This document shows positions 62,466-64,000 of a stretch of 64,000 nucleotides of DNA, piece by piece. Origin of the DNA: Macrostomum hystrix (lineage: Eukaryota > Animalia > Platyhelminthes); assembly GCA_950097015.1 (NCBI GenBank), contig CATNEN010000001.1, positions 19,716,001 through 19,780,000 of the forward strand, given 5' to 3'. A program made the translations under genes and the position numbers. The notes below the pieces were generated by a model that saw only the letters and a program-made list of their open reading frames with translations, did not search any database and was not told where the DNA came from. The first letter of the stretch is position 1. Each line of letters opens with the position of its first letter.

Positions 62466-63630
62466 CTTTTTTATAACATTAACTTTTTATCGCACAGCTG
62501 GATATGATGACTGTCTGTAGATTTCAGAAAATAAACTGAAAGCATATTGGAATTGGTTTCTGTTTCAGAAGAACTTTGTATTTTGGCAACGCACTCATCA
62601 AATCAAAATCAAAAGGCCGACCGATTCGGGCTGCGAAACTTCTGAATCTTTTCTTTAGCTGCTCTCTAAAGTAGAGACCGAGCTAGTCGATAGTGGAGAG
62701 TGAAAGAGAGAGAGAGTAAGCGAAAGTGGTCAAACGAGAAAGTCCAGCAGAGAGGGTGACATGAAGGGGCTTAGTTCGACAGAGTGTGAGAGAAAGTGGG
62801 ATAGGGAAGAGCGACTGTGAGTGGCGAACAGCGGGAAACAGCCGACAGGCAGAGAGGGGAGAGTGACGAATAGCGAGAGTTGCCATGCAGTCCAAGCCGT
62901 TGGGGACTCTTTTAGAAGCAAAGTACACACAGCGGCCAGCAGCCCGCCAATGCACACTCAGCCAGTAGGTCCTGGCACTGTGAGCGGGGAAGGAGCGGGG
63001 AAGAGAAGGCGAGGACGGCAGGGTAGGGAGGCTACCGGGCGGTGGGTGGGGTTCCTAGTTGCTGGGTTGAAGGATTTGTGGGAGAAGCCGGGCAGGGGAT
63101 CTGGGAAGGATAAATGGAAGGCCAAGCCCCCCCCCATTGCTTGCTAACAGGGTTTTGGGAGAGCTAGCAGGCACAGAGGAGACAAGCTAGCAGGCTCTGT
63201 TAAGTCCAAATCCCAATGTCCTTAGGCCCATTGCCCTCCCTCTTTGTTAAGCCTCTTGAAGCAGCTGCGGCGAAAGATCTTCTGAGTTTCTTGGCACCCA
63301 GGTAAGTCAGTTTTCTATCGCTAAACTAGATTCATATCCGTTAAGAAATGCGCGAAGTGTTTTGTCATGCCCTGACGACTCGTTTGACATTTCATCTGCA
63401 GTTGCGCCAGTTGCGCCAGGTAAATAAATGGCGTTACAATGCTTGTCTTCTGCTCCAGCTGTGACAAGGGGTTGCGCGCCTGCATGATTTTGAAAGGTCA
63501 CCCCGCTGGGGATTGTTCTGCCGGGGTGTTGCAAGCGAAGGAGGTACCATAAGCCAACATTTCCATCTGCAAATTCCTAATTCCACTAAGTGTATTGTAA
63601 TCATTCTCCAGGTAAAATTACGCATCAGTG

Positions 63631-64000
63631 ATGGCGACACCATCCCCCGACCTCATGCTGGGTGTCAACAATGGCGGCACTGACAGCGGCGGCGGTCGGG
63701 ACGAAACGTCGATCACCCTGTCGAGGTACTCGGAGTACGGCCTGCTGATCTGCATCGGCATTGTCGGCATCATCGGCAACTTCGGCATCGCGCTGGTCAT
63801 CCTGTTTGTTCGCCGACTGCGCAAGGCCGCCAACGCTTTCATGTTCCACCACTGCCTGCTGGACCTGCTGAAGTCTTTGTACAGCCTGATCTTCGCCAAC
63901 AGCTTGCTGCACGACAAGGAACCGCGCTTCTGCAACCTCCTTGGCGGCTCATTCATCGTGTGCGTCACCAGCACCGCCTTCAACATCCTGGCCATGGTGA
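63631..64000 (+). CDS. class A (rhodopsin-like) GPCR, N-terminal part TM1-TM3, runs off the window
   Basis: MATPSPDL...LLICIGIVGIIGNFGIALVILFVRRLRKAANAFMFHHCLLDLLKSL...FCNLLGGSFIVCVTSTAFNILAMV: TM1 GN, TM2 D, TM3 Cys. Confidence 0.85.
   Translation, partial: MATPSPDLMLGVNNGGTDSGGGRDETSITLSRYSEYGLLICIGIVGIIGNFGIALVILFVRRLRKAANAFMFHHCLLDLLKSLYSLIFANSLLHDKEPRFCNLLGGSFIVCVTSTAFNILAMV

Overview
Eukaryotic (animal) genomic DNA with GT-AG introns and many minisatellites, SINEs and DNA transposon remnants. The overall style suggests a free-living flatworm such as Macrostomum, but this is inference only. Genes spliced by hand: a secreted antistasin-repeat protein, an intronless tandem C-type lectin with a LamG-like domain, glycerol kinase 5, a TTC28-like TPR-CHAT protein and the start of a class A GPCR. 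The main finding is two large minus-strand genes, each fusing a long ankyrin-type repeat array to a cGAS-like (Mab-21/cGLR) nucleotidyltransferase with intact catalytic motifs. They share intron positions, intron phases and an unnamed C-terminal domain, but carry very different N-terminal repeat arrays, each encoded by one giant exon ending at a phase-2 intron. Two decayed fragments of further family members lie nearby. This resembles an NLR-like, modular 'variable repeat sensor plus second-messenger synthase' receptor family under birth-and-death evolution; the function is inferred, not shown. Region 8.8-20.5 kb is a nested set of elements: Harbinger ends > TIR element > 48-bp array > Helitron-like element > two satellites.
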